DNA from: Octopus sinensis
Lineage: Eukaryota
Direction: 5' to 3'
Assembly (NCBI RefSeq): GCF_006345805.1
Contig: NC_043003.1
Coordinates: 6,386,001-6,450,000 of the forward strand
Length of the DNA stretch: 64,000 nucleotides
Shown here: piece after piece, positions 1-12,373 of the stretch
How the letters are laid out: the number at the start of each line of letters is the position of its first letter
Position numbering within the stretch: position 1 is the stretch's first letter
Program-made: the position numbers and the translations under genes
The notes under the pieces: model-generated
The model's input: only the letters and a program-made list of their open reading frames with translations
Databases searched by the model: none
What the model was told of the DNA's origin: nothing

Positions 1-341
1 ATGGAGATGTGGTTTCAAATGGAGTTTCCAAAAATCCCTTTTGTACATTAAGTTTTGACTAGAAAACTTGATATGACAGAACTTTGACATCAGACAGGTC
101 AACAGCTGAACATAGAGAAGTCCTGTCCAATATGACAGAAGTTTGACATCAGATATGTCGACGGTTGATAAGTTGTGTGCAATAATAACAGCCTCTCATA
201 AAGAATATGGAATTGGTCCCACAGAGTAAAGGAAAGCAATGCTTGGGTTCATTAAATGCCTTATCCAAATATAAAGTTGAGAAACAGAATGGCTGGAGAG
301 CAGAGGTCCATGGTTCAAGTTCAGTTCTCAGATCAATGAAA

Positions 342-1632
342 TATGAGAGGTGTATGAAAAGTTTTGAGCCTAACCTAGAAATGGGGCTGAAACAATTTTT
401 TCTGGTAAGTACAGTCTTTTTGGAGTATTCTTGCTCATTTTCATGATTCTGATATTTTAATGTTTTTTTGGTTGCAGATTTTTGAATAAACAAGTGTCGA
501 GGCTACAAGGAAAATGGAGAAAACTGAGTACCGTGCTGTCATAAAGTATCTTCATTTGAAAGGCATGACTCCATCAGATATCCATGAAGATATGGTGAGA
601 AGCTTAACAGACAATGCTCCTTCATATGCAACAGTCAAACGCTGGGTAAATGAATTCCAGCGTGGCAGGGAAAGTGTGGAAGATGATCCCAGACAAGAGA
701 AACCTCCAACTGCAACCACTGAGGACAACCTTGGCATTGCTTTTGGTATGATAAGGCAAGATCGCCGAATATCATGTCACCAAATAGCCAAGAGACTGGG
801 CATCTGAACTGAAAGAGCAGACAACATTGTGGACAAAAGAACTTGGGTTCTTAAAGGTTTCCACAAGGTGGATTCCTCACGTTTTGACTCCTGAGCAGAA
901 ACACACCAGGTGCACTTTGTCAACAAGTAATCTGGAACTGTTTGAAGCCGATGAAGAGAATTTTCTTGCATGTTTTATCACTATGAACGAAATTTGGGCT
1001 CTTCACCACAAGCCTGAAACCAAAGAACAATCAAAGCAGTGGAAGCACATATCTTCGCCTACCCCAAAGAAGGTCAGGGTCATTCCTTCAGCTGGCAAGG
1101 TCATGGCATCTGTTTTTTGGGGATTCTCAACGTGTCTTGCTGATCGATTACCTTGCTAAGGGTCACACCGTGACAGGGCTGTATTATTCTCAGCTACTGA
1201 AATGCCTCCAAGAAGCAAAGAAAAAGCCAGGAATCCTCACCAGAGGAGTCCTTTTTCATCACGACAATGCTCCAGCCCACACCTCAGTGGTTCCCATGGC
1301 AATAGTTCGTGATTGTGGATATGAACTTGTTCCCCATCTGCTTTATTCACCAGTCTTAGCCCCCTCTGACTTTCATCTAATCCCAAAAATGAAAAAAGCC
1401 CTGGCTGCTCGCCATTTTGCCAGTGACAATGATGCCATAGACACTGTAGGAAGTTTCTTGGAGTCTCAAACAAAAGAGTTCTTCTACGCCGGGATAATGG
1501 CACTTCAGCACCGCTGGAGAAAGTGTTCAGCCATCGAAGGGGACAATGTTGAAAATTAAATCATCAGAAGTCTTGTATCAGGGTTTTTTTTGTTCTTTTT
1601 GAGGCTCAACACTTTTCATATACCCCCTTCAT
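342..1632 (+). mobile_element. Full-length decayed mariner (Tc1/mariner, DD34D) DNA transposon
   Basis: Imperfect ~29-bp TIRs at 343-371 (atgagaggtgtatgaaaagttttgagcct) and 1602-1632 (reverse complement atgaagggggtatatgaaaagtgttgagcct); ~1.29 kb length typical of mariners; transposase in between. Confidence 0.95.
514..1559 (+). pseudogene. Mariner transposase pseudogene in three pieces (514-807, 827-1159, 1137-1559)
   Basis: N-terminal HTH MEKTEYRAVIKYLHLKG...; WIPHVL (WVPHEL motif); ITMNEIW (first catalytic D changed to N); HDNAPAH and YSPVLAPSDF with exactly 34 residues between the last two Asp; one stop and two frameshifts. Confidence 0.95.
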
Positions 1633-1729
1633 TCAGACAAGATACACACACACACTCAAATATTATATACAAGTACTTTATGCTTTATGTATAACGTATT
1701 AGTCTTACAAACATATACATACATTCATA

Positions 1730-1949
1730 TAAGGTGGCGAGCTGGCAGAAACGTTAGCACGCCAGGTGAAATGCATAGCAGTATTTTGTCTGCCGTTACG
1801 TTCTGGGTTCAAATTCACCACGGTCGACTTTGCCTTTCATCCTTTCGGGGTCGATAAATTAAGTACCAGTTATGCGCTAGGGTCAATGTAATCGACTTAA
1901 TCCGTTTGTCTGTCCTTGTTTGTCCCCTCTATGTGGGTAGTAAAGAAAT
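1730..1949 (+). mobile_element. SINE family A, monomer with internal deletion
   Basis: Head ggcgagctggcagaaacgttagc, B-box-like ggttcaaattc, core cctttcggggtcgataaattaagtaccag; 17-bp TSD atatacatacattcata at 1713-1729 and 1950-1966. Confidence 0.9.
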
Positions 1950-2425
1950 ATATACATACATTCATACACACAAGCAAGCAAGCATATACACATACATATA
2001 TAAATGTGTGTGTGAACATACATATATACATATATACATAACATGTATGCCAATATATACATTATATATACATTTACTTCAATAAAGCAATGGGGTTTTT
2101 TTTATGTGTTATATGAAATTCTGTTAAATCAACACCACCACTACCACCACAACACCACTGGTAGCCATTCATCACAAACATATTTCCACAACCACCACCA
2201 TTACAACTACATAACAGGCCCACATCCATACATCACCATCTTACCACCACCATCCTACCAACATCGACACCACCACCACCCCATCCTAACACCTCTTCAC
2301 CTTCCCTCCACCCACCCCACCACCAACAGCTATTCACCGCTATCACTTGGTACTCGGTACTGCACAAAAGCTCCATTGAAATTCTGCAAAAACATCAATA
2401 CACATAGACACATCTGGAATATATG

Positions 2426-2461
<36 letters not shown>

Positions 2462-2517
2462 GCCAGTTGTATTTCTGTTATTTGTTCTGCCAAACATACA
2501 ATACATACATACCATCA

Positions 2518-2765
2518 TCATCATCATCATCATGTTAGCCATCCACTGTTGCACACTTACAGAAGTCAGATAGAATTTACTGAGGAATTCCTATGGCTGG
2601 ATGCCTCTCTTGTCACCAACCAACCCTCCTCACCATATGTTTCCAAGGTAATATTTCCCCAAAGCCAAACATCTTTTCACAGAAGATTGGACACAAATGG
2701 CACTGCTTGTATGACAGGGACATTCCTTTACGACTACTATACAATGTCAAAGCAAAGAGAGAGAG
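2518..2765 (-). mobile_element. Degenerate retroposon 3' end (RTE-tail-like family G)
   Basis: (cat)n tail plus ggctggatgcctctcttg motif related to the family C ctggatgcccttcct; related copies near 8385-8560 and 39790-39970. Confidence 0.5.
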
Positions 2766-2784
2766 ATACACACACATACACGTT

Positions 2785-3384
2785 TATTTCTTTATTGCAT
2801 ATGTGGGGCTAAACACAGAGAGGACAAACAAGGACAGACAAAAGGATTAAGTCAATTACATTGAACCCAGTGCATAACTGGTACTTATTTAATCGACCCC
2901 AAAAGGATGAAAGGCAAAGTCAACCTCAGCGGAATTTGAACTCAGAACATATTGACGGACGAAATACCTATTTCTTTACTACCCACAAGGGACTAAACAC
3001 AGAGGGGACAAACAAGGACAGACAAACGGATTAAGTCGATTATATCGACCCCAGTGTGTAACTGGTACTTAATTTATCGACCCTGAAAGGATGAAAGGCA
3101 AAGTCGACCTCGGCGGAATTTGAATTCAGAATGTAACAGCAGACGAAATACCTATTTCTTTACTACCCACAAGGGGCTAAACACAGAGGGGACAAATAAA
3201 GACAGACAAAAGGATTAAGTCGATTACATCAACCCCAGTGCATAACTGGTACTTATTTAATTGACCCCAAAAGGATGAAAGGCAAAGTTGACCTCGGCGG
3301 AATTTGAACTCAAACGTAACGGCAGACGAAATACGGCTACGCATTTCGCCTAGCGTGCTAACGATTCAGCCAGCTCGCCGCCTT
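2785..3384 (-). mobile_element. SINE family A trimer (head + 3 x 184-bp units)
   Basis: Unit boundaries at 2785, 2969 and 3153 (period 184); single head at 3337-3384. Confidence 0.92.
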
Positions 3385-3769
3385 CACACACACACACACA
3401 CACACATTACCATATGACCAGAATGGTGCTGCTTCTTATTTCTGACCTTTACTACTACTACTTCTTTTAAGAATTGTCTGATCAGGACAATTTCTTGCTA
3501 AAAGACCAACAACAACTGACCATCAACTGCTGGTCAGTGGAGAGACTGAAGGCCAGTCCAGGCTGCAACACCAAATACATTTGACCACTGGGTAGAGAAG
3601 TATACACCATGTTGCTTTAGTATGGGCCAACAGATGGTAATGGTTGTATATTAGATCTCTGCTGGTTGTAGGATAGACTGCCCCCATGTCCAGAGGAGCA
3701 CTGGACGAGGGTCTTCTCCCACCTCACCACCATTAAATGTAACATGAGCAATGTTATTATCTTTGCTAA

Positions 3770-4070
3770 TGTCGCCCTGACCACCACCACCACCACTGCC
3801 TTTGCCATAGCCATTACTTCAATCAACATCACTCACACCACTACCACCATCACTAGTGTCCCCTCCACCACCACCACCACCAGTATCATCCCCATGGCCT
3901 CCTCCACCACCACCACCACCAAATACCCTCATCATCACTACAACCACTACCATCATCATCACCAACAAGAAGACCACTACCACCGTCACCCCTAATAACC
4001 CCAATACTGTTACTGCCACCTTCACCGCCTCAACATCACTACCACCACCAGCCTGGCCCACCACCACAGA
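3770..4070. repeat. Degenerate (CAC/CAT)n trinucleotide tract
   Basis: Low-complexity accaccacc/catcat runs; source of the poly-T/P/G ORF artefacts. Confidence 0.85.
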
Positions 4071-4327
4071 CAGAGAGCTGCAACAGAAACCCACATGATT
4101 CCTATTTCCTGGTGATATTTACTGTGGTATTAAAGAATCCTGGTAATTAACGGTTATATCATGTGACTGTCTAACGAAGGTTATTAAAGATGTGATGGGT
4201 AATTAAGCAAGTCATCCAAACACCACCCCCACCACCAACCCAACTTCCTGACACAAAAATCCCAGTTAACCCTTGGCTGTGTCCCCTCCCTCTCACTACT
4301 CTACGGCTACTACAACAGCAACTGCTG

Positions 4328-4760
4328 TGGAGGCACAATGGCCCAGTGGTTAGGGCAGCGGACTCGCGGTCGGAGGATAGCGGTTTCGATTCCCAGACCG
4401 GGCATTGTGCATGTTTATTGAGCGAAAACACCTAAAAGCTCCGCGAGGCTCCGGCAGGGGGTGGTGGTGACCCCAGTTGTATTCTTTGGCTCTGGCAGGG
4501 GGTGGTGGTGACCCCTGTGGTACTCTTTCGCCGCAACTTTCTCTCACTCTTTCTTCCTGTTTCCTGTCCCCGACTTCCTACGCAACCGCTGAGCCTGGAT
4601 GCGTATTCATCCATCCATCGATGCTCTCGGTGTCGGGGGTTGACCTGCTTTCTCTTCTGCGGGTCTTGCGAATAGCAAAGGACCACATTTCAGACTTCTC
4701 CCACCTTGCGAGCTCTGGGACGAAGACCGCCTCACTCAACAAACAAACAAACAAACAAAC
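4328..4760 (+). mobile_element. tRNA-derived SINE family D, full length
   Basis: A box tggcccagtgg, B box ggtttcgattccc, internal ~41-bp tandem duplication (4447-4528), (aaac)n tail; partial second copy at 37714-37985. Confidence 0.88.
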
Positions 4761-5206
4761 AGCAACTGCTTCATTCAACCAGTTGGGTTTTATGTCCCCC
4801 ACGACACCAACTTGACGTCAGAAACCAATGGAAACAGCTCTGAGGACACTCTTTCTGGTAGAAAGAGCAGTCAAATCTCCCTTTGATCACACAATACTGT
4901 CTTTGAAAAGAAGAACATACAGGACAATGTGACTTGAGGCAGTTTATGTCTGTTTTGTGGCGATTGTCATCCACGTGGGGGGAGGGATTAAGCGTGAAAG
5001 GAAATTATTAAAAATGGTCCAGTACTTTCTTTATTATGCAGAATATATTAAAAAATAAGACTAGATGCTGATGATGATGATGGTGATGACAATGATGATA
5101 AGGACAATAATGATTGTGGTGATGATGTTGATAATAACAATAAAGATGATGATGGTGGTGGTGGTGCTAATAACGATATTCTAGAAGACAGGAAGACTAC
5201 ACTGAC

Positions 5207-5278
5207 CTTGACAAAGATTGCTATCAGAGTGTTCCCAGCATGCATCACTTACCTGGAAAGAAAAAAAAAAAAAGAAGG
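5207..5278 (-). other. Candidate recursive splice site / 46-nt cryptic exon of the host gene
   Basis: Minus strand reads ccttcttttttttttttttctttccag|GTAAGT (junction 5253/5252); a second donor AAG|gtcagt lies 46 nt downstream (5207/5206). Confidence 0.5.
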
Positions 5279-5396
5279 TAACATATGGTAATCAACGATG
5301 GTATCAAAAGAGGAAATGGTGGAGAATAACACCAAGAGACCATTCCAGAATAATAAGAGAATATTCTGGAATATTAAACAAGATGGCAACATACTA

Positions 5397-5397
<1 letters not shown>

Positions 5398-5443
<46 letters not shown>
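5398..5443. repeat. (AAT)n microsatellite
   Basis: Pure aat run. Confidence 0.97.
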
Positions 5444-5444
<1 letters not shown>

Positions 5445-5820
5445 GAGGCCATACTAAGAGTTAATTTCTCTTATCAAACGGGTTAATATTTCAACAAGTT
5501 GTGTCAACGCCCATCTACTAGAAGAACGGTGGTTCCACAAAGGAAGGATTATCTGCTAGTCTGGTTACAGTGGCTTAATCTATTACAGCCTAAGTATACC
5601 CTACCACATTACCAGAAACCACAACAAAGACACTCAATCTGTGATCCTGGAAGTAAACTGGCAAACAAAATACAATTGGATGGCCACAGTTGGAACGTCT
5701 TGATGATAGATACAGGTGAGATTAATCAAAGAAATACCTAAGTAAATCTGGGACAGAATGCGGATAACTGTTTCTCAGGCTTCCCTGGCCCCTGTGCCGG
5801 TGGCACATAAAAAGCACCAC

Positions 5821-6565
5821 TTGACCAAGAGCAGAACAGGAGAATCGGGTTAGCAGCTTTGACCTTCGCCAAACTAGCTCAAAAACTGTGGTTAAACGGC
5901 AAGCTGATGAGATCCAACAAATTCACAGTCTATAAAGCATGCATCCTCAGTACCTTGCTACATGGTGGTGAGGCCTGGTGCCTTTACGCCAGACAAGAGC
6001 GCCACCTGAATGCCTTTCCACCTGCACAGCCTTCGGAGTATTCTTGGGGTCAAGTGGAACAACTGTATCACCAGCAACGAGATACTCACCCGTTCCCAGC
6101 TATTAACTACTTTCACATTACTGCGGCAACACCGTCTCCACTGACCGGGACACGTGCACTGGATGCCTGATGGGAGGTTACTGAAAGATATACTGTATGG
6201 GGAGATAGCCTCCGGTAGACGTGCTCGCGGACGACCACATCTCCGTTTCAAGGACGTGTGCAAACGTGACATGAAGGCCATGAGTACGAATACCAAAACC
6301 TGGGAGAACATGGCAAAAGACCGTTCCTGCTGGAGACAGGCATTGAATACCACCCTGAAGGAAAGAAGATCACAAACATGAGACAGCAGAGGACAGATGG
6401 TGACGCAGGAAGAATGAATCGACAACAAACGACCGAACACATTTGCGACTGTTGCAGCCGTGACTGTTACTCACGCACTGGCCTTATCAGTCACAGGCAA
6501 TGCTGCAACACCAATCCGATCTAAGGTGCAGATCCATAGTCTTTCGAGACTAACGGATGCCAATC
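5821..6565 (+). mobile_element. RTE-clade LINE 3' fragment (BovB/AviRTE-like)
   Basis: Frameshifted ORF2 C-terminus VYKACILSTLLHGGEAW...HWMPDGRLLKDILYGEIASGRRARGRPHLRFKDVCKRDMK; terminal CDCCSRDCYSRTGLISHRQC zinc finger; 3' UTR ccatagtctttcgagactaacggatgcc. Confidence 0.9.
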
Positions 6566-6870
6566 ATTATCATCATCGTTTAACGTCCATTTTCCATGCT
6601 GGCATGGGTTGGACGGTTTGACTGCGGTCTGGGAAGCCAGGAGGCTGCACCAGGCTCCAGTCTGATCAGGCAGAGTTTCTACAGCTGGATGCCCTTCCTA
6701 ATGCCAACCACTCTGTGAGTGTAGTGGGTGCTTTTTAAGTGCCACCAGCACAGGTGCCAGAAGAGGCTGGCAACGGCCACGATCGGTTGGTGCTTTTTAC
6801 ATGACACCGGCACGGAAGCCAGTCAAGGCGGCGCTGGCATTGACCATGTATGGATGGTTTTTTTTTTAGG
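6566..6870 (-). mobile_element. Family C (RTE 3' UTR) truncated copy
   Basis: (cat)n tail, gtttaacgtccattttccatgct, ctacagctggatgcccttcctaatgccaacc. Confidence 0.9.
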
Positions 6871-6873
6871 TGC

Positions 6874-6911
<38 letters not shown>

Positions 6912-7405
6912 TAGATAGATAGAGAGAGAGAGAGAGACAGAGAAAGAGAGAGAATGATATGGACCTGCAGATCACAATTTGGTTGTAAATCTGTCATAAG
7001 AATACAGATTCAGGACCGACCTAGGGTTACACAACAAGGGTGGAATTCAAGTGTTTGTACACACACACACACACACTCCAAGACCAAGGAAGGCAATAAA
7101 ATATTACTGGCAGTGGGGGGGGGGTAGAGAGAAAGAGAAGGGGGGGGAGCTGGGTCAATGAGACAGTGTTTGGCATTCAACATACAAGATCTCTGTGTCA
7201 CAGAGAGAGAAAGAGAGTCCTCTTCCAGAGATAGGTAGTAGGGGTGGGTTTGAGGGTGGAAGCAGGCAGGGTTGAGGTTAGAGGGGTGGGAAGGGGTGGC
7301 GACAGGGTATCACTAAAACTGTGCTAAACTATTTAAACAGATTTCTCCAGTTGGGCAGAACTTCTTGTAAACATTCCATTGTTCTTCAGTCAAACTACTA
7401 CCACC

Positions 7406-7454
<49 letters not shown>

Positions 7455-7509
7455 AAACAACCACTAATAACTGCATGACTGCTACTGTGAGTTAAATAGA
7501 ATTAGCTGA

Positions 7510-7881
<372 letters not shown>

Positions 7882-8238
7882 TGTTGAGTGTAAATATATA
7901 TAAACTGCTACCCACATATATTCAGTAGCAACAATGTATTCTAAGAATTCACAGGAAGTTCTAAACCATTAACAAAAAAACCATTCCAACATGAATGGTG
8001 AATGGTGAATGGTGGTTCTGTGCGTTGCAAAAGTGTGTCACTGTTTTAGTAATCTTCCTGGTTTTGTTCAGTTACCAACATTGTATATTGTCTCTTCAAA
8101 GTCTACATCAGTATTTCACGGCTGGGATGCCAAACTTGGCATGGCTTGGGGAGAATGCCGGCTGCCTCACAGTGTCTGTGTGTCTGTGTGCTTGTGTCTG
8201 TGTACTTGTGTATGTGTGTGTGCTTGTGTGTGTATGCT

Positions 8239-8276
<38 letters not shown>

Positions 8277-8575
8277 TGCTTGTGTGTGTCTGCTTGTGTG
8301 TGTATGCTTGTGTGTGTGTATGCTTGTGTGTGTATGCTTAGAGAAGTAAAATAATCATCATAACATCTACTGCAACCATGGCTCACATGAAATTCACTGA
8401 GGCAAATTTTCTAAGGTAGGATGCTTTTCCTGTCTATAACCTTCAGTTATATCCCAGAACAGAAGCATTTCCCTAACTCCTTCAAACAAGGAACAGTCCA
8501 GACATGCTTGCAGGGAGTATTGTAAACAAATGACACCATTTTGTATGAACTGAGACATTTGTTTACAATCTGCAT

Positions 8576-8767
8576 AGGTGTAAGAGTGGCTGCGTGGTAA
8601 GTAGCTTGCTTACAAACCACAAGGTTCTGGGTTCAGTCCCACTGCGTGGCACCTTGGGCAAGTGTCTTCTACTATAGCCTCGGGTCGACCAAAGCATTCT
8701 GAGTGGATTTGGTAGACAGAAACTGAAAGAAGCCCGTCGTATATATATATGTATGTGTATATATATA
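8576..8767 (+). mobile_element. SINE family B, 5' half
   Basis: Head gagtggctgcgtggtaagtagc...gggttcagtccc, CORE-like gcaccttgggcaagtgtc; ends in the internal TA tract. Confidence 0.88.
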
Positions 8768-9030
8768 TATCATCGCTTAACGTCCGCTTTCCATGCTAGC
8801 ATGGGTTAGACGATTTGACTGAGGGCTGGCAAACCAGATGGCAGCACCAGGCTCCAATCTTGATCTGGCAGAGTTTCTACAGCTGGATGCCCTTCCTAAC
8901 GCCAACCACTCTGAGAGTGTAGTGGGTGCTTTTACATGCCACCGGCACGGGGGCCAGTCAGGCGGTACTGGCAATGACCTCGCTTTTTACACATGCCAAT
9001 GGCACAGGTGCCAGTAAGGCGATGCTGATA
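8768..9030 (-). mobile_element. Family C copy inserted in the SINE B TA tract
   Basis: catcgcttaacgtccgctttccatgctagc starts directly in (ta)n. Confidence 0.88.
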
Positions 9031-9241
9031 CATATATATATATATTATCTGTGGATGTTCTCACCACCACCCCTACCACCACCACCACCTCCACTCCTCT
9101 ATCCCATCACCCTATCACCACCACTACCACCACCATCAATACATCTTTCAATTTCATCCATCATTTCACATGAATAAAAACGCGGAAACATAAAATGACA
9201 AGCAGTTTATGGCAGAAGCAGATCCCAACCACACCTTGCCT

Positions 9242-9288
<47 letters not shown>

Positions 9289-9629
9289 CGTAGACCTAAT
9301 TGTGTTTGTTCTTCTCTAGCAAACATATTCGTGACACAATAACCCTTTTGTAGGTTCACCCCAACACAAAAGAACATAAACGAATCTCTGTACCCAATAA
9401 CACAGCATTATGGAACAAATTCATTCCACTGCAAAGCCCCTACCAGATATGCAGGCGTGTGTGTGTGTGTGTGCACGTGCGTGAGTATATACCTACAAGT
9501 TTGAATATATATATGTAGATGTATACATGGGCTTGTGTGTGTGTGTGTATGTGATTATGCAGATAAACAAATTAGACACATTAGATATATTAAACATAAT
9601 GGCTTAAGTATTAAATTCAAATTATGTGT

Positions 9630-10052
9630 TCTTTTTCTTTTCTTTTCTTTTACTTGTTTCAGTCATTTGACTGCGGCCATGCTGGAGCACCGCCTTTAAT
9701 CGAGCAACTCGACCCCGGGACTTATTCTTTTGTAAGCCCAGTACTTATTCTATCGGTCTCTTTTGCCGAACTGCTACGTAACGGGGACATAAACACACCA
9801 GCATCGGTTGTCAAGCACTGCTAGGGGAACAAACACAGACACACAAACACACACACACATATATATATATATACATATATACACATATATACAACGGGCT
9901 TCTTTCAGTTTCCGTCTACCAAATCCACTCACAAGGCTTTGGTTGGCCCAAGGCTATAGTAGAAGACACTTGCCCAAGGTGCCACGCAGTGGGACTGAAC
10001 CCAGAACCATGTGGTTGGTAGACAAGCTACCTACCACACAACCACTCCTACA
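9630..10052 (-). mobile_element. SINE family B, full length
   Basis: Tail ttttacttgtttcagtcatttgactgcggcc through head accactcct. Confidence 0.92.
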
Positions 10053-10274
10053 CGCAAAACCAGGGAAAGCAGAAGGTGGAGACATTCAGATGAGGAATCT
10101 TTAAGTAGAAATGTATTAGCTATTAGTATGGATAGGTCCAACTTACACAGAGTACAAACGACAGATGAAATTAAAGCGGTGGAAGAAAGGTGTTATAAGT
10201 CTCAACAGCTGTTTCTGGAGGCTCAGAGATCCATAACAATGTTGATATGATTTTAAATATATAATATGATATGT

Positions 10275-10665
10275 GTAGGGTGAGACTGGTTGAGAAGGTT
10301 GCTTGCCCAACAACATGGTTCTGGGTTCAATCATCCTGCATAGCACCTTAGACAAATGTCTTTATCTATAGCCCCAGGTCAATGAAAACCTTGTGAATAG
10401 ATTTAGTAGATGGAAACAGAAAGAAGCCCATTGTGTGTATGTGTGCATGTGTGTGTATGCACATTTGCATTTGTCCCTCACCATTACTTGATAACTGGTT
10501 GTTTGTTTACCTCCCCAGAGCTTAGTGGTTCAGCAAAAGGGATTGATAGAAAAAGCATCAGGCTTCAAAAAAGAAATAAGCATTGGGGTCAATTTGTTTG
10601 ATTAAACCCTTCAAGGCAGTGAGTGCTCCAGTATGGCCAGTCTAATGACGAAAGAAGATAAGCAC
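10275..10665 (+). mobile_element. SINE family B, old degenerate copy
   Basis: Recognisable head, CORE-like block and gctccagtatggcc tail. Confidence 0.75.
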
Positions 10666-10700
10666 ACATGCACATACATACACGTTATTATATATATCTA

Positions 10701-10738
<38 letters not shown>

Positions 10739-10758
10739 TTATATATAAAGTTTTATTC

Positions 10759-10802
<44 letters not shown>

Positions 10803-10890
10803 TTTGAGGGAATATTATTCGTAACTTACAGGGAAAAATTCAATTTAGAAATACTAAATCAAATTTCACAAAATATAATATATTATATAT

Positions 10891-11537
10891 ATATAAATTA
10901 GAAAAAACCCCACCTTTTATCAATTCAAAATGAACAATTAAATTACACCATCTAGAAAATTACATATAATAGAAATATTAAAAATAAAATAACAGGAGTG
11001 GCTGTGTGGTAAGTAGCTTGCTAACCAACCACATGGTTCCGGGTTCAGTCCCACTGCGTGGCATCTTGGGCAAGTGTCTTCTGCTATAGCCCCGGGCTGA
11101 CCAATGCCTTGTGAGTGTATTTGGTAGACGGAAACTGAAAGAAGCCTGTCGTATATATGTATATATATATGTGTGTGTGTTTGTGTGTCTGTGTTTGTCC
11201 CCCTAGCATTGCTTGACAACCAATGCTGGTGTGTTTACGTCCCCGTTACTTAGCGGTTCGGCAAAAAAGAGATCGATAGAATAAGTACTGGGCTTACAAA
11301 GAATAAGCCCCGGGGTCGATTTGCTCGACTAAAGGCGGTGCTCCAGCATGGCCGCAGTCAAATGGCTGAAATAATATACCAAATATAAACATTAAAATTT
11401 TTTTTGCAATTTACTTAATCTTCAGTATATCATTGTTATTTTAATTTTAATATTTCTATTAGATGTAATTTTCTAGATGGTGTAATTTAATTGTTCATTA
11501 TGAATTGATAAAGGTGGTTTTTTTCTAAATTTTTATA
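10891..11537. repeat. ~103-bp AT-rich inverted repeat pair (10891-10993 / 11435-11537) enclosing a SINE B
   Basis: caattaaattacaccatctagaaaattac matches the reverse complement of gtaattttctagatggtgtaatttaattg; few mismatches over the arms. Confidence 0.9.
10994..11372 (+). mobile_element. SINE family B
   Basis: Full head to gactgaaa-like tail. Confidence 0.92.
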
Positions 11538-11843
11538 AATATATATATATATATATACACACACATACACAGAGAGAGAGAGAGAGAGAGAGAAGAGAGA
11601 GAGAGGCATATATATACATGTCAAGTTTCATTAAGTCTGTGTCAATGAAATCCACTCACAAGACTTTGGTCTGTCCAAGGCTATTATGGGTGGCACTGGC
11701 CCAAGGTGCCACACAGTAGCACTGAACCCAAATCAACGATATCAGGAAGTGAAATGCTTAACTGCATGATGTTCCAACATATATATGTAAATAAAAACAT
11801 GTATTCATTCCAGGGAGTTTCTATATATATCTATAAGAAATAG

Positions 11844-12044
11844 ATACGTGTGTATATTTAGGGCTAAAAAGTCCACTAGGTGGATAGCCATATGCTAGAA
11901 GAAGATCACATATGATCTTGTTCTGGTGTTCGCTGAATTTTCTCTGGAGAACATTCTTTGTTTGTAGTTAGATCGCATGTGATCTTCTTCTAGCATATGG
12001 CTATCCACCTAGTGGACTATTTAGCCCTAAATATACACATGTAT
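11844..12044. repeat. 201-bp foldback: 75-bp inverted arms with 51-bp spacer (MITE- or Penelope-derived)
   Basis: 11844-11918 versus reverse complement of 11970-12044, only ~4 mismatches. Confidence 0.92.
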
Positions 12045-12166
12045 TGAAATTTTTTCAGATTTTTTATATGCTGGGCTACTGGTTTTAAATTGATATTAAT
12101 TAAATTAATATTCAATTTATCTCCCTCATTATTTAAATATAAGAAATAGATAAATATAAGAAATAT

Positions 12167-12332
12167 AGGTGCAGGAGTGGCTGTGTTGTAAGTAGCTTGC
12201 TAACCAACAACATGGTTCCGGGTTCAGTCCCACTGCGTGGCATCTTGGGCAAGTGTCTTCTGCTATAGTCCCGGGCCGACCAATGCCTTGTGAGTGGATT
12301 TGGTAGACGGAAACTGAAAGAAGCCTGTCGTA

Positions 12333-12373
<41 letters not shown>

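Noticed and set aside
71-153. 24-bp direct repeat (71-94, 130-153)
   Set aside because: Only two copies, at the window edge; no structure I can assign.
2785-3384. Regularly spaced repeats resembling a CRISPR array
   Set aside because: Whole 184-bp units are repeated with no unique spacers; eukaryotic context, no cas genes.
4328-4405. tRNA-like sequences at SINE heads (also 27901 and all A/B heads)
   Set aside because: No complete cloverleaf or acceptor stem; followed by SINE bodies, so not tRNA genes.
4850-4880. ctgagga...gaaa spacing suggestive of a hammerhead
   Set aside because: No stem I, II or III pairing.
4782-4886. Plus-strand pseudo-exon after caaccag| reading GFYVPHDTNLTSETNGNSSEDTLSGRKSSQISL*
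   Set aside because: Weak pyrimidine tract, adjacent to a SINE tail, opposite to the inferred host strand, no recognisable homology.
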